In this document: positions 34,028-48,327 of the stretch, piece by piece
Position numbering within the stretch: position 1 is the stretch's first letter
Layout: each line of letters starts with the position of its first letter
NCBI GenBank assembly: GCA_004431415.1
Contig: QPMI01000338.1
Location: 1-54,258, forward strand
Direction: 5' to 3'
DNA from: Cyanophora paradoxa CCMP329
Lineage: Eukaryota; Plantae; Glaucophyta
Length of the DNA: 54,258 bases
Translations under genes and position numbers: made by a program
Notes under the pieces: generated by a model
Told to the model about the DNA's origin: nothing
The model's database searches: none
Seen by the model: the letters and a program-made list of their open reading frames with translations, nothing else

Positions 34028-36876
34028 ATGCGGATGGGCCGCAGGAAGAGCAGCAGCCTGCCAGTCCAACCTTTGGGGGTACCGCGCACTCTCGCGCCCG
34101 CTCCTTGATGAAGCCCCCCGACGCGTGAGACCGCTTCCTACGCGCACGGCGGCACTGGGGATGCTTGCGGAGCCGCTGCAGGCCCGGGCGGTCTCGTTCC
34201 TGTCCTCGATCCGGCTCGGCACGACCCCGCCCTCGTCGCCCGACGAGTCCAAGCAGCTCGCCAATGTCGTCGCGCCCACCGGCATCGCAGCCAGCGGGTG
34301 CACGATGCCGCAGCGGTCCGCCCGGGCTGCGCTCGGCGCTCACTGCCCGCGCAGCTCCGGGGCCCACGGCGCCGCCCCGTCGCGTTCGGCGTCGCTCGCG
34401 GAGGCGGAGGGGATCGACTCTCTGACGCGGCGGCGCCTGGAGGTCGCGCGGGCGTTCCTCTCCTCCATCCAGCTCACGCATAGTGCGCCCGCCGAGGGCC
34501 AGCCCGCCGGGGCCGCGGTGCGCCCGCCGGCGCCCTCCGAACGCTTCTCCCCTGCGGCCGACCGCTCTCCGCTCAGGGCGAGGACCTGCGCTCCACGCCC
34601 GTCCCCGGCCCCGAAGGCGAGCCGCCGGCCTCCCGAGCGCCCGGCGCCGCCTCTCCGCTCTGCGCTGACGGCGCTTGCAGATGCGGAGGGCGGCGAGGCG
34701 GGGCCGGGGCAGCCGCTCAGCCCCGAGATGGAGGTGCCGGCGCCTGCGCGCGCCGCCCCGCCCCGCCCCTCGACCGACCCGCCGCCCGCGCAGCCGCTCT
34801 TCCAGTCGACCGCCGAGAAGATCGGTCCCTGGATCAGGCGAGCGCGCCGCGGCGCCGCGCCGCTGCGCCCTCCCGCCGGCCCGCCTGACGCGCCCGGCGG
34901 CCGCAGGAAGCGCGAGCCGCTCATGTGGGCGCTCCTCCGCCAGGGCTGCCGCATCTTCGTGTCCCCCTCCAAGGCGCGCCCGTACCCCCTCCCCGCGGCC
35001 CCGCGCCGCCCTCACGACGCGCGGCGCGCAGGGGTCCCTCCCGGTGCTGGGGTACAGCGTCCTTCGGTACGACCCCGAGGAGGAGGAGAAGCGGCTGCGG
35101 CGGCAGGCGAGCCCATACCCCCCCGCGCCCGATCGGCTCTGCACTGTACCCCGCTGACGTCCGTCCCGTCCCGCAGAGCGCGACGCTGTACGTGTCCCAG
35201 AACACGCAGCTCATCGGAAAGCGCGCCGTACCCCTCTTGCCCCCCGCCAGCCGCCCCGCGGTACCCCTGAGGCCGGGGGCGGGGCCAGGGAGGGGGACAT
35301 GGAGTCGTCGCTGTCGGGCGCGAGCCTCGCGAAGCGCAAGTCGAACAAGGCGAGCGCCCCGCCGCCCCCGCCGCCGCCGCTGCCGGGATTCGAACCGGGG
35401 CCGCGCAGGGTGTCTCGTTCGGGTTCCTTCTGAAGTCGAGCTGGACCCCGTGCGCCCCGCCCCCGCCCCTCCGCCCCCCCGCCCCGCCGCAGCCGCCGAG
35501 TCGGGCGGGGCGCAGGAGGCGGCGGCTGCGGCGGGGGCCGGAGGCGGAGGGGGAGGGGGAGGACGAGGCGGAGGAGGACGGGGCCGGCGAGGGCGAGGGC
35601 GAGGGCGAGGGCGAGGGCTACGGCGACGCCGACGCGGACGCGGACGGTACCCCCGCCCCGCCCGGTCCCCGCCACATCCCCTCCCCTGAAGCCTTCCCTG
35701 TACCCCGCAGAGAAGGGGGAGGTGGAGGAGGCGGGGGAGGAGGGGGCGGGGGCGGGGGGGAGGAGTACGACGCCCTCTTCCTCGACGACCCCGAGATCCG
35801 CTCCGGCGCGGCCCGCTTTCCGCCTCGAATTCGATCCCGAATTTGATCCGAGGCGCCCCCGCCCCGCCCGCAGGCAAGCACCGGACGGTGATGAACCTCC
35901 CCGGGTTCATGGTGCGCGAGCGAGTACCTCCCGCTCGCAGTCCTGGACCTCGTACCCCGGGCTCATGCCGTACCCCCCGCAGGAGAGCATCATACCCTAC
36001 GTGCGCCCGAAGGACCTTCGTGGCGAGCTCAACCGCCAGGTCCGACATCGCCGTACCCCCTCCAAGGGCCCTTGTACCCCCGCTGACTTCTACCCCCAGT
36101 TCGCCTCGAAGCACTCCTGGCTGCCTCCCGCCATGACCCTGTCGAAGGCGCGCCGTACCCCTCCCCGACCCCGTACCCCCCTCCCCCCGAGCCCCCCTAC
36201 CTCCACAGATCCGCAACCTGAAGCTCGACCTCGTCCGAATCCTCATCGACTGCGTGCGCCCGTACCCCGCGCCCCGGCCCCGTCGCCTCGTACCCCCCTC
36301 CCGAAACCTGTACCCCCGGCCCGCAGGACATGGACGTCACGACGCTCGCGCTCGCTATCGTCTACTTCGAGAAGCTCGTCCTGAAGGTGCCGGGGGGTAC
36401 AGGTCCCTCGGCGCCCCGCCTGATGATCCCCCGCCCTGTACCCCCAGAACCTCGTCTCGAAGCCGAACCGGCGGCTGCTGGCGGACATCTGCTTCCTCCT
36501 CGCGATGAAGTTCAGCGAGCCCAAGTACCCCGCCTGCGCCCCCGCCTTCTTCGAGGTCCCCGTACCCCCCCCTGGCCCCCGCCCCCGCAGTCCCTCACGC
36601 CGGGACCCCCCCCCCCTCCTCGCAGGCGGTGAGCGACGTGCACGGGATCCCGAAGAAGGACCTCCTCCGCTCCGAGTGGGCCGTCTTCGTCGACCTCAAC
36701 TTCAGGCGGGCCCCTTCCCCCTCGCCCCTAGGCCTCGTACCCAGGGCGTTGCTGAGCGGGGCTCGGGCAGTCTGCACGCGCCGGTGCGGCACGTGATGCC
36801 GCACTTCCACCGCCTCTCCGCCCTCGCCGCCATCGACACCCGCCCCTACCATGACCCCGCCCCACCCACCCCTTGA
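34028..36876 (+). CDS. CABLES: CABLES-like (CDK5 and ABL1 enzyme substrate) cyclin-box protein, multi-exon
   Basis: Spliced C-terminus YDALFLDDPEIRS|GKHRTVMNLPGFM|ESIIPYVRPKDLRGELNRQ|FASKHSWLPPAMTLSK|IRNLKLDL...TLALAIVYFEKLVLK|NLVSKPNRRLLADICFLLAMKF...SEWAVFVDLNFSL. N-terminal AVSFLSSIRL motif. Confidence 0.9.
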
Positions 36877-37761
36877 CCCCGGCCCGCGCCCGCGCCGCTC
36901 TCTCCCACGCCCCGCGCCTTCATAACCTCCCTTCGTGCCGTCCCCTGCCTCTCCCGCTCCTCCCCCGCGGCCCCCGAGAACCCGGCGGTCCTGCAGCCGC
37001 CGGCCCTGCCCCTGCCCCCCTCTTGCGCCCTGCCCTGCCCTTGCGAACGGGGCGCCGCCGTTATTGCTAGAGCTATAGAGCTAGCGCTCGCCTCCCCACC
37101 CCGGCGACCCTGCCGGCCGGCCAGAATTCGAAACCGCGGACTCGGGAATCGAAAAGCACTGCCAGGCGCGGCTGAAATCATTTGCCAGTATATTCTTTGC
37201 TCTGCCCGGCGGTCTGCGATTGAACTGCGCATATGCACGCAAGCAAATAACGTATAAGAATTAAATCCGCATACTGCGACGGGCTCAACATTCTTGGAAA
37301 GACAGATAGATAGCAGAGAGGTGTCTGAGTCCGAATCTCTAGGGAAGCTGAATGACTAATAAGCTAAATATTGAATCGGTACATGGATCGAAAGCTGAAC
37401 AGGCTATTTACAATAAGGAAGCGAAATTGTAATAAAGCGTACGTAGATTGGCCGAGAGATGAGGTAAAATTAAAATTGAGTCGAAATAATAAAGCGTACA
37501 TTTACATCGTGAGGGAGTGAAATTTTGATTAAAGTTACAACTGCAGCTGGTGCTCGAGACGATACCGAACAGCTGGTTTCTGGATTGAAACAGCTTGCAA
37601 TTGGAATTGGCATGTACGTATACGCAATGAAAATAGATTTCAAACACTGATGCTGAAGAGTAGAATTAAGATCATTCGAGAAATCATAAATGCTGCCCTG
37701 GACGAGACTACCGACGAGCTTTAAATCTACACGTTCGAAGCGACGTCGACGGCGGCGAGCG

Positions 37762-40700
37762 TTACAAGGCGGCGGAGACGGTGGCCTTCCTGACGAGGCT
37801 CTGCCGGATCGAGTCGACGCTTGCGATCACGTCCGACGGGATCATAAGCAGCTGCGGTCGAGGTCGCGATCGCGAGAAGCGCCCAGTTAGACATGTACAT
37901 GCGTGGCGAGCGGACTCGAAGCCGGCGATGGCGACGCGCGCGGGACCGGGCGCACCAGGAGGGTCGTGCGCCGCGCGTCGTCCCGAACCGACGTGATCGT
38001 CGTGCGAAACGCCGCGCTGCGCAAGAAAGAAACCGTAAAAATCAAAAGAAGAAGGGCACGGGTACCCCGGTAGACGGTAAACAATAAAGGCACATTAAAG
38101 GCAGAAACGGCCTTCAAGGCACATTAAAGTGGCGGGGCGCACAGGTAGCAGAAGGCGACGACGGCGACGACGATCCCGAGCATCGTCTTCTGCAGCCGGA
38201 GGTACTCCGCCAGCGTCTGCCCGCGCGCGTCAGACGCGTACGTACATAGAATATTCTCGGCCCAAGCTAATATAAGCTAGCCAGGCCCAAATTCTAAAAA
38301 GCCTCGCGAGCCTTGAGGGCCTCGTGCTCGAGATTCGCTTAGCTTAGCTTAGCTTATTCTCCTTAGATTTGCTTAGCTTATAATTAGCTTAGCTTCCTTT
38401 TCCAGAACAGAAAGAAAAGGCTAAGCTCGCCTGCAGGGCCTCGTGCTCGAGGAGGTTGTTCGCCTCGGCGAGCTTCTCCTCCAGGCTCGTCTCCGCCGCA
38501 TGCAGGAGCGCCTGCGGTCGCGAGGGAGCCTCATGGTCAACGGAACGGCTTATATATATGGTGACGCATAATCAATTTTCTTCTAAGGATTACAGGGGTC
38601 TCGCGGTCGCGGTCGCGGTCGGTCGCGAGGGGGTCTCGCAATCACCGCAACGGCTCATATATGTCACCGCATGATCAGTTTTGGCTCTAAAGATGAAAGA
38701 TTGTCTGGAAGCTATAATTATAATTATAAGAAGGGAGGGGTGCGCGTGCAAGTGCGACTAAATATATGCACCTTGAAGTGGGAGTTGCTTGGGGTCAGGA
38801 ACCTCTTTGGCGACCGCGCCAGCGAGCGGGCCAGCTGATAACGCGTACCTAACGTGAGATTCGCCGAATACACAGGTCTAGATGTGGAGCTCGAGATCAA
38901 CGCCGCGCGCGCTCACGGACCTCGACGTAGTAGGTGAGATACCGCGAGAGGCCGTTGCCGTGCTTCACCGCCCGGCACTTCTCCGGCTCCTGCGCATGCG
39001 AAACGATTTCGCAATTGTAAGTAATTCTGAAAGCGCGAAGGCGAAACGGGGCGAGCGCGCGGGCGGACATCGATGCAGGGGACCCCGAAGAGGAGAACGT
39101 CCATCTCCTTCGAGCGGCCCGCCATCCCGGGCAGGCCCTCGGCCGGGTCCGCTGCGCATTCGAACGTCGGCGCCATCAGATTTCGACGTCTCGTTCGTTC
39201 GTCGGGAACCCGGGATTTAGATATCCCATTAAAATAGCAAGACTGTCTACTGCACAGTCGATCGGGGCGCACAGAAGGCTAATTAATATTTATAAACTAG
39301 GTGTATCATGCACATCCTGATTACGATTAAGATTAAGATACACCGTTAACGTTGCTAGGTACTGCATATATAATTGGCGGGGGCGCACAGAAGCTGAGGC
39401 CGCGGTGCGCGTGGAAGAGGCGCTCCGTAACTTCCTCGAAGTCATGCAGGTCCTCTTTGAAGTCCTCCTCTGATCACGAGATCCGAGGTGGGTTCATCAG
39501 AAGGCGAATATTTCGCTCTGAGCGCTTGCGCGTGCGCGTGGGCGGGCCGGCCCGGCCGGACGCACCGTTTGCGTGTTGGGCCCCGAAGACGCCCGAGCGC
39601 GCGACGATCAGCTCCTGCGCCTCGTACGCCACCTGAGCGCCGGCGCCGCGCGCGCGGACAAGTCAGGTACGCCTGCCTCTGCCAAAAAGCAGAGGCGCAC
39701 GTAGCGGGCGAGGCTCTTGCGGAGGCCGCCGGCGTCGCGCTCGTCGGTGAAGTGCTCGCAGGTGCCCGCCCCCACGTACGCAGTCACGAACCACGCGAAG
39801 AACTGCGCGCGCGCGCCGCGGCCGCGACCGCGGCGTGCCGCTCAGCAGCCGCTGGGATCGACACCATGGCCATCCGCGCGCCCCGAGCTGCGATTACGCA
39901 CGATGGCGAAGAGGGCGACGAAGGCGGCGACGTAGCGGATGTTCATGAGGGTGAGCGAGCTCCGGCCCTGCGTTAACGTTGGGAATTCGGACGCGAGGGC
40001 GAATTTCAGGCGAATTTCAGCCGAACGGACCTTGACGAAGATGCGGTGGAGCTTGCGGGCCTTGATCGCCTCCTCGCGCCCCAGGCCGGCCCCCGGCCCG
40101 ACGCCGACGCCGTCGCCGCCCTTGAGCTTCAGCAGCTCCTCCTCCTCCTCCTTCGCCAGCGCCGCCGCCTTGCCGCCCGCCGCCGCCGCAGCGGCTGCCT
40201 TTCCGTGCGTCTGCTCGGCATCTTCACGCTCAGTATTTTGTCGCCCTCGAAATTGTTCGGATCGAATTGGAGCTTGCAATTGCCGCACCTGCGCCTCCTC
40301 GCCAAAGAGAGAGTCGTCGTCGTCGAAGTCCTCGTCGTCGTCATCTTCCGCCCCGCGGCCCTCGCGCCCTGCACCGGATACAAGCTAAGCCATGCACTGT
40401 ATCAGCTCGCGATCGGAGCGCGGGCCCGCACCCTTGCCCATGAGGCCGTGGACGAGGTTCCGCGGGATATCGAAGAAGAGGCGGAGCATGTCCTCCTTCT
40501 CCTTCTCCACCGCCTTGATCTTCGGCCTGAATTCAAACACACAGACGATCAGCTGAATCGCATGCGAAGACAGATTAATTTTGAAGCTGATGAGAACAAA
40601 CCGAAAGAAGAAGACAGCGAGGACGAAGCAAATGACGGTGTTCGTGCAGAAGATGGTGATGAGGAAGGCCCTGGGGAAGGGCGCCCGTGCGATTAATCGT

Positions 40701-43700
40701 CGAATTGCAAGGCGGGCGAACGGATCCGGAGATCTAGAAGACTGCCAAACGCGCGCGGCGCCGGCGGACCGGATGGTGGCGAAGGAGGCGGCGGCGGTGT
40801 GGCCCTCGAGCTTCGTCTCGTGCACGAGCGCCTCGTAGATCTCTTCCAGGTCCTTCGACCTGTCCGTAAAAGAGAATATATTCGAGTCGCGAGTCGCGGT
40901 GCAAGTGCAATTCATCGAATGCTCGCACATCATGTAGAAGTCGTTGTTGGTTTCGGGGTCCGGGAACTCGTGGCGAAAAGCGGCCGCGGACGGATACTGC
41001 ATCAGCTTGCGCGCCGAGTCGATCGTCTGTCGTGATTTGCGCACGGCGCACGCACATCAGTTCGCCTTGACGTTACAACCAAAATCTTAAGCCTGTAATC
41101 TTAATCAACCTTAATCTATAATATTATAAGAGCGCACGTGGAAAATGGCGTCGTAGACGATGGTCTCCTCCTCCCGCAGCTCGGGGTGCTCGACGCCGTA
41201 CTCGCCCTCCCTCGCGAGGCTCCTCAGCTTGACCAGGTCGCCTGTGTTCACGTCGCCCAGCTCCAGGTGGTTTTTCTGAGACGCCGAATATGTGTGTATG
41301 TGAGATTGGGTAAATCAAACGTTTGAGAGAAGTACTGAAAGCGGACCTCGAGGGCGTCGACGTACTTGTGGATGGCGGCTCTGGCGCGCTCCTCGAGCGT
41401 GCCGTCGGGATCGAAGGCGGGCAGGCCGGCGATGGAGAACATGCGCCCGTAGAAGGCGATGCTGACGGAGAGGAAGCGGCGGGAGCCGGAGAGGCCGACG
41501 CGGGTGACGCCCTTCTCGTACACGTGCAGGAGGCTGTCCATAGCGACGTAGCACGCGACCGCCTGCTCGACAAGTTCAACTAGGCCGCGGCTTCGATTTC
41601 AAATGATTCTTTAATTTAATTAGCGCGCCATGGCGACGAGGACGACGACGACGACGCGGATCGTGAGCTGCATGCGCTGGATCGACGCGTTCTCGCCCGC
41701 GTTGGCCGCCACGCGGCGCTTCAGCCGGTCCCTGGGAATATCGATATCAATGGCATCAGCGATCAAACCGCAACGCGAAATTTGGAAACGATTGATGCGA
41801 AAACCGCGCACAGCTTGCGGACGAACTTGGCCGCTTTCGCAGTGCCGCCGTCCGAGCGCTTATCGTCTTCGTGATCTCCTAAGACGCCGTCGTCAAAGCT
41901 GTGGCGGCCCCGGCTGCCGAGGCGGCCCTGAATGCTGCCATGCCTTTGGCCGCTGCGCGGGCCGCTCGACTTGAAACCGGCCGCGGCGCTGGCGCCGCCC
42001 TCCTCGTCCTCCGACGCCGCCCGGGCGCTGCTAGCGCTTGCCAAAGAGCCCGTGTCCTTTGCCTTTGTCTTGGCGGGGGCGACGAACGCCTTGTCCAGTT
42101 GCACGCTCTTCTTGCGGCCGGGCCCGGCGAGGCTCAGCTGGCCGTGTGGCCGCGGCTTTCCTTCGTCGTCCCCGCCGCGCGCCGCCGGCCGCGGCGGCTG
42201 CTCGCGATCGTTTGCCTCGAGCCAGGCCGACGCCTTGTTGACCGAGGCGCTCTTGGCCATGGAGAACGCGCGCTTGGCCGTTGCCCACGCCTTCCTCTCC
42301 GGCTCGTGTTCGCGATCGCTGTCGACGTCGCGAGCGCTCTCCTCCGGGATGGCCGCCGGCACGCTGTAGGCAGCGCCGAACTCGGAAGGCGAGACTGCCG
42401 TCGATGCGCCTGTGTCCGCGCCTGCGTCTGCGCCTGCGGCATCTGGCGACGGCGCCGGCTGCGCGAGCTCCGCTTCCGATTGCAGCGGCAGCATAGACGT
42501 GATCGTCACGCGGTAGAAGCTCGAGGCGGCTGCGGCTGCGGCGCCGGCTTCGACGCGGTTGACGTTGCTGCCGGCGCCGGTGGTCCTGTCGGAGCGAGGC
42601 GTCCTCGTGAATGCGACGAGCGCCTCGACCGGCGAGGCCGCGTTCTGCACGCCCACGCGCGTGTGCCCGTTAGACCGCATTTTAAAATCTCTAGACGGTT
42701 GGGACGGACCCGAACGACGACGTGCATGCTGCGGCCCTGGCCCTCGGCGGCCAGCTCGAGGGCGAACGAGGGCAGGAAGTCGGCCAGCGACATCCCCTTC
42801 AGCTTCTCCTCGCTGACCCCGAGCACGGCCGACGCCTGTGCACGCGCACGCGCCGCCGTTCGATTTAAATTGCTTGAGATCCAAATTGCCAGGGGATTTG
42901 ATTTGATGAAAACGTTGTCACCTGCCAATCTGCCTCGGCGATCTCCAGGGCTTCGTCAACGACGATGGATGCCTCTATCATCTGCACACGATCGCGAGGA
43001 CTCAGAGCGCTGTAATAATACAAGAAAGATATGAATACAGGGCTATCTCGGCAGCCAATGCCATCTCCGAGACAGGTGTTTGCTTGCCTTAATGCTCGCG
43101 CGGCCGACGGAAGAGCGGCGGGGGGCGAACGTGTGCTCGAAGCCACTCGCCGCGGGTGCGATTCCAATCGCCGCGACGGGCGAGCCGGATGCCGGGTCAT
43201 GCACATTCGAATTCGGGTCTAGGCCCGCGACGTCCGCAAGGACGACCGGCCCCGGAAGTGCTGTATGCTCGCTCTCGCGGCCGCGATCGGAGGAAGCCGG
43301 CGCGGCAGCGGGTACATCGACGGCGTTGGCTGCGGCGCAAGCGGGACTCGCGTTGGCGGGCTTGAAGTGGAACGGGGAGCTTCAGCTTGAATCCGAACAA
43401 AAGGAAGCATCGCACCGGCTGCGATTCTGGCGGCAGTGAAGGAGCTACCGAAAGATATCGACCGCTGCAAGTAAGCAGCAAAGCCGCCGAGTCAGCGGAA
43501 GAACCGGATCGACTCGAACAGAATCAATTTTTCGAGCTCACAGCGGCTGGCTTGGCGTGGCCCGAGCCCGAGCCTGAGCCTTGCAGGGCGCCCGGGATCG
43601 CGATGGCCACCGCTGCGACAAATTATAAGTCAAATATCAAAGGTAGCGAACTCGAAGAACGGCATGTATTCTCAGCGCCGCGCCTTTTTTCGAAGTCGAA

Positions 43701-46700
43701 GTCATGCTGCTGCTCTTTGCCAGCAGCAGAGGCGAGGGGACTGCGCCGGGGAGAGGCCGGTCGAACGCGCGCGCAGGGCATATAAAAATGTTTTTGTTGA
43801 TAATAGACTTATAACCGTTTAAAATGATGTATTAATGATTCCATTGATTGTTTCATTTCTGTTCATAAGCGGCAGCTCCGAGGCTCAGCCGCTCGAGCTC
43901 GCACCGGCTGCGTCGGTCGGAGGCTGCGAGGCATCCCCGGCCCCCGAGCGCGCGGTCGCGGCGCCCGCGTCCCAGCCGCTCGCCCCGTCGACGTCCTCCC
44001 CATCCGAGTCCATCGCCTCTTGCTGCCGGTCCATATGCATTCCGCATCAGAACAGCCACAGCGGATCCGCAAATCCAATTAAATAGACGCACATCGAGGA
44101 GTTTCGACTGGCCCTTCTGCTGTGCCGTGATTGTCTCTTCAAACTCGTCTGAGTTCGAAAGCAAGAGTAAATAACAACACAGCTTTTTATGTACAGCTTA
44201 ACAATGTTTCTCGAACCGGCGGCGTCGTAGAGGTCTGCGGCGGCTGCCTCGTCCCTCAAGACCTCCTCGTGGAACTTACCTGCGAAAGGGAGGGCCGGAT
44301 TGGCGGGGCCGATATCGATCGTGGGAGCTTCTGATTGCAGAGATGAGACAGTACCGTAGGACCGCAGGATGCTGCAGATAGAGCGGCGTCTTAGACCGAA
44401 GAAGGGAAGGGAGAAACGAATTAATCCAGAGTTTTACCGCGGGTTGTTCGGGTGCTGCGCGATGAGCGCCTGGTAGTGCGCCTGCTCCTGAAGTCAATAT
44501 AATCGCAAGCCAAACGAACGAAAACTTAACGATTTCCTAGATTGATATTCGCGGAGAAAGCGCGGGCCTGGGCGCGGGTCTCGTTGTGGTCGATTCGGGC
44601 GACTGCCTCCTCGAGGCGGGCGAGCGTCACGTCCTCGGAGAGCAGCAGCGACCAGAACCTACAGGCGCGCGCGCAGAGCAGGTGTCAGGTTTGTGTAACT
44701 TCGGTCGGTATTTGGATTGCGAATTGGGGCGGACTTGCGGAAGGCGCGGACGCTGTGCTTGTGGAAGCGCTTGGCGCCCGACATGTTCTTCTGGAACTCG
44801 AGGTGCATGATCAGGCTCCTGCGCGGCGGATCTGTAAAAAGGAGCAACAGCGGCAGACAGCTCTTAATTATCTCAGCTCCCAACAAAGTTTCTTCGAATT
44901 CGCACTCGCTGGAGTCGCCGCCGTGCTTCGCGGAGGAGAGCGACTGCGTCTCCTGGAGGCGGTCCTGGTCCGCCCGGAAGATCCGGAAGTGCATGTCCTG
45001 CAGCAAACGTGAATATTAGATCTAAACGTAGAGCGCGTCGCCGGCTCGGAATGAAGCTGGAATGGACGGTCGGGCGTACCAAGAAGGGATCGAACTTGAG
45101 AGCTTCGTTGAACCAGAAGTTGCCTGCGTGCGCGCGTGAGAATGAACGCAAAACGGCTTCCCGATCAGATGAAGAAGGCCGGACCGAGGTGCTTGTTCTC
45201 GTTGAAGGACAGGAGGAAGGCCCCGTAGGAGATGCGGACGGCGGCGGAGTAGGGGAAGCGCTGCAGGCCCCGCTGGAAGATCTGCTCCGCCATGTCCAGC
45301 GCCCGCGGGCTCTGGTCCTCGAGCAGAAACCGCGTCGCCACCTGCGCGCACATCGCGCCGGAATGAGAGAGCGCCGAACATTTCGAGGAATCGCTTTTAG
45401 AATACCTCGACATGCCAGGCGCGCTCCATCGAGAGTCCGTACGCGCGGCCCGTGCAGAGGCGGCGGTGGTAGTGGCGCCCGGCCCACCAGTACCCGAGGG
45501 CCCCCGCGGGGAGAATCCCGGCGATAAGGGCGCCGTAGAAGAGCCCGGGGCTGCTTGTCTCCTTCATTGCGTGGTGGAACTCGCCCTCCAGGAACTGCGA
45601 AATTTTTAAAGCATTAGCTTACACGAACACGGAATTCACGAATACGATCGGCTCGCCATGAAGAAGACGATCCATAGGAAGGAGCAGTACAACGCGATCC
45701 GCAGCTGGTTCATCCAGAGCCTTCGAAGTTCCAAACAGAACGGTCGGTGCTGTCAGTCGACGACGGCGATGGCGACATCGATTGCAATCGCGCGAGAGAT
45801 CCAAGCACCGGTAGAAAGGGTAGAAGGCGACGACGGTCCAGAGGGCGATGGCAACCGCGCCGATCGCCAGCAGACCCGTCATCGTCTGCCAACACACATC
45901 AGTCAAATTCAGGCCGAAGGCGTGAATAGAGAAGAAGTCTAATCGAAACGACAGAAGTATTTATAATTATATCAGCCCGGAAACGGCACGCGCACCTGGT
46001 TGATGTCCGTGTAGCAGAGGATGTTCTGGACGATGAACTGAGCCGTCAAGTTGCCCTGCGCGCACCGAGCGAATCGCCATGTCAGCCATGGCTACGAAAT
46101 TAACGCTAACGCTCGATGAGGTCGCGTTCATGATCAGTTCGCCGCTCCAATATGCGTGCTAAGGCGGTCGAGCGCGGGCACCAGCTCGCTGCGGGACTGG
46201 CAGCGCCCGGCCATGGTGTTCTTGTCGTACGGGTCGCTGCACGACGCGGCTCGTGATCAGCAGCTTGTCACCTAGAGATCTAGACAAGTTAAGGCGTCCA
46301 TTCGGCACCTTTCGTAGAAGAAAAGCCTGCGGAGGGCACCAGCGGTAACGTTAGCGTTGCGTGCAGCAGGTTGAACAGAAAGATAAGACCAGCTTCGAAT
46401 TCGAATCCGACGTCTATACATTCAGAAATTAAACAGGCGGGCGCACGCGTAGCAGTAGCTGAGGACGAGGAAGGCGAACAGGGTCGCCGACGTGATCGCG
46501 AGGATGCCGACGTGGTACCTGCGCGCCGGCGCCGATCTCAGCGAATTCGAAGTCAAATTCCGCGCGCGGGAGTTGAGTTTTGTTGCTTGATTTGCAGCTG
46601 ATAAGGAGGGGCCATGCAAATGGCCGGGCGCACCCGTCCCAGCACATGACCTCGCTCGGAAAGCTGCCGAACGGAATGAAAGAGTCAGCTGAAGATCTAG

Positions 46701-48327
46701 AGTCACTGCGGCATTACAGGCTGGGGGGGGGGGGGGGGAGGGAGGGGCCGGGGGGAGGGGGGTTAAGGATTGGTGGGTGAGAGGGGGGGGGGGGGGGGGG
46801 GGGGGGCGGTAGCCGCGGCTGGGACGAGGGGTTTGGGGCCTGGACCTGTAATGCGGCGTCGTCCCCGCGCTGGGGGACCTACAATCGAACGGCTCCAGCA
46901 GCACCACCACTGGAACTGAGCGTCAGCCGCGGCCGCAGGCGTTCGAGAAAACGCTCAAAGGAAAGAGCAATGACGTCGACGCACAGAAAGGGATGTATCT
47001 AGACGCCAAGAAAACAGGTCAGCGGCGAGTGGGGGAGTGCAGTATTCTCGAGCACTGATCATGAATGCCGCGCACAGTGCGTTTGGAAAAACGTGTGCGA
47101 ACATTCGAAGGTAGGTCAGGGGGAACTTGAACCGAAAGCTGCGAGCGGGCGGATCCGAACGTTAACGGCGCAGCGCTCAGATGCATGCGCCCAATTTAAA
47201 GCCGGTGGGGGATCCGGACGGAGCCGTCGGACCTGTGTGTCGCGAAGGCGTATCTGCGCGCGCGCACCCGCGTGTAATGTCATAATTGCACGCAGTGGGG
47301 CGGCGAATTCGAAGCGGAACTGCCGTACCCAACGTAGGCGGCGTCGACGACGGCGACCCAGACGGCGGCGACGACGCAGCCCCAGAGGATCATGAAGCTG
47401 CCGCGAGGGCGTCGTCAAGAATATACGACGCCCTTGTTCTCATTTAAAGTCTCGGCGCGACCCGCCTCTTTAAATTTGAGTTCTTATTCAAAGAGGGCGC
47501 GGCGGGTCGCGTCGAGATCTAGAGCGCACCGACCCCAGGTCCACCACTGCCCGTCGAATCGGAACCAGTCGTGAAAGAACTGCCCCAAGCCCTGGAAGAC
47601 GGTCAGCGCAGGCCTGCCAGGCTGGGCCGGGCCGGGATTACGCAGACCGTGAAGGGCCCCCCCCACGGAACCGGGTCGCCGTTCACTCCCGGCAGGCCCC
47701 AGAACCTGATCGGCTTCGGATCAAGAACCGACCGGAGGCCTTGCGGCCAGGCCTATCGGCAGGCCGGGGCCGCGCGCACATCATGGCCAGGGGCATGAGG
47801 AGCGTGAAGAAGGCCTGGACCGCGAGGTCGAAGACCTGCCACCGCTTCGACCGGCTCGTGTCCTGCCGAAGCCGAACGTCAACGGTCCGGCCACGGGCGA
47901 CTTGGCCGCTGGCCGAAGCCGCGGGCGAGGCCCTTGTTATAAGCTTAAGGTTAATATAGCTAACTTAGTCATTATAATAAAGCCTTTCTATGCAGGATCC
48001 AGAGACGAGGCCGGCGCCCCCGGGCCCTCGCATATAGCCAGAGTCCGGCTTCGAATTCCAGATCACGCACTTTGATGGCGACCTTACCAAGTTGACCGGC
48101 GCGGGGCGTCAGTGAGCGGGAAGGCCCAGGTCTAGGTCTCCAGCACGCGTATACGTACGCGCGCGCACCAGCGCGATTCCGAAGACGGTCGTGCGGACGG
48201 ACTCCAGAGCGACGCGGACCTCGCCGGCGGCGCCGGCGGCCTCCCCGCGGGTCGAGGCCCAGGAGCTCGCCTGCGAGCCGCCGTGGGCCGAGCTTCCGTC
48301 CCCGCCTCCTCTCTTCGGGCGCGCCAT
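37762..48327 (-). CDS. Large multi-pass membrane protein of the tiny macrocysts TmcB/TmcC-like family with a PAS-like domain, many exons
   Basis: N-terminal transmembrane exons (FMILWGCVVAAVWVAVVDAAYVG). TPR-like AEQIFQRGLQRFPYSAAVRISYGAFL. PAS-like ASAVLGVSEEKLKGMSLADFLP. FRPKIKAVEKEKEDMLRLFFDIPR. C-terminal RRTTLL|LLMIPSDVI...SAAL*. Confidence 0.8.

Noticed and set aside
33254-36246. Long minus-strand ORFs (33363-35144, 34921-36246) and most other short six-frame ORFs
   Set aside because: They are low-complexity antisense or off-frame products of high GC, overlapping the well-supported CABLES gene or other spliced genes.
46724-46806. Poly-G/poly-C tracts as functional elements or poly-Pro/Gly coding
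   Set aside because: Most are intronic or intergenic. Homologous tracts differ in length (about 13116 vs 18905), consistent with slippage or sequencing error.
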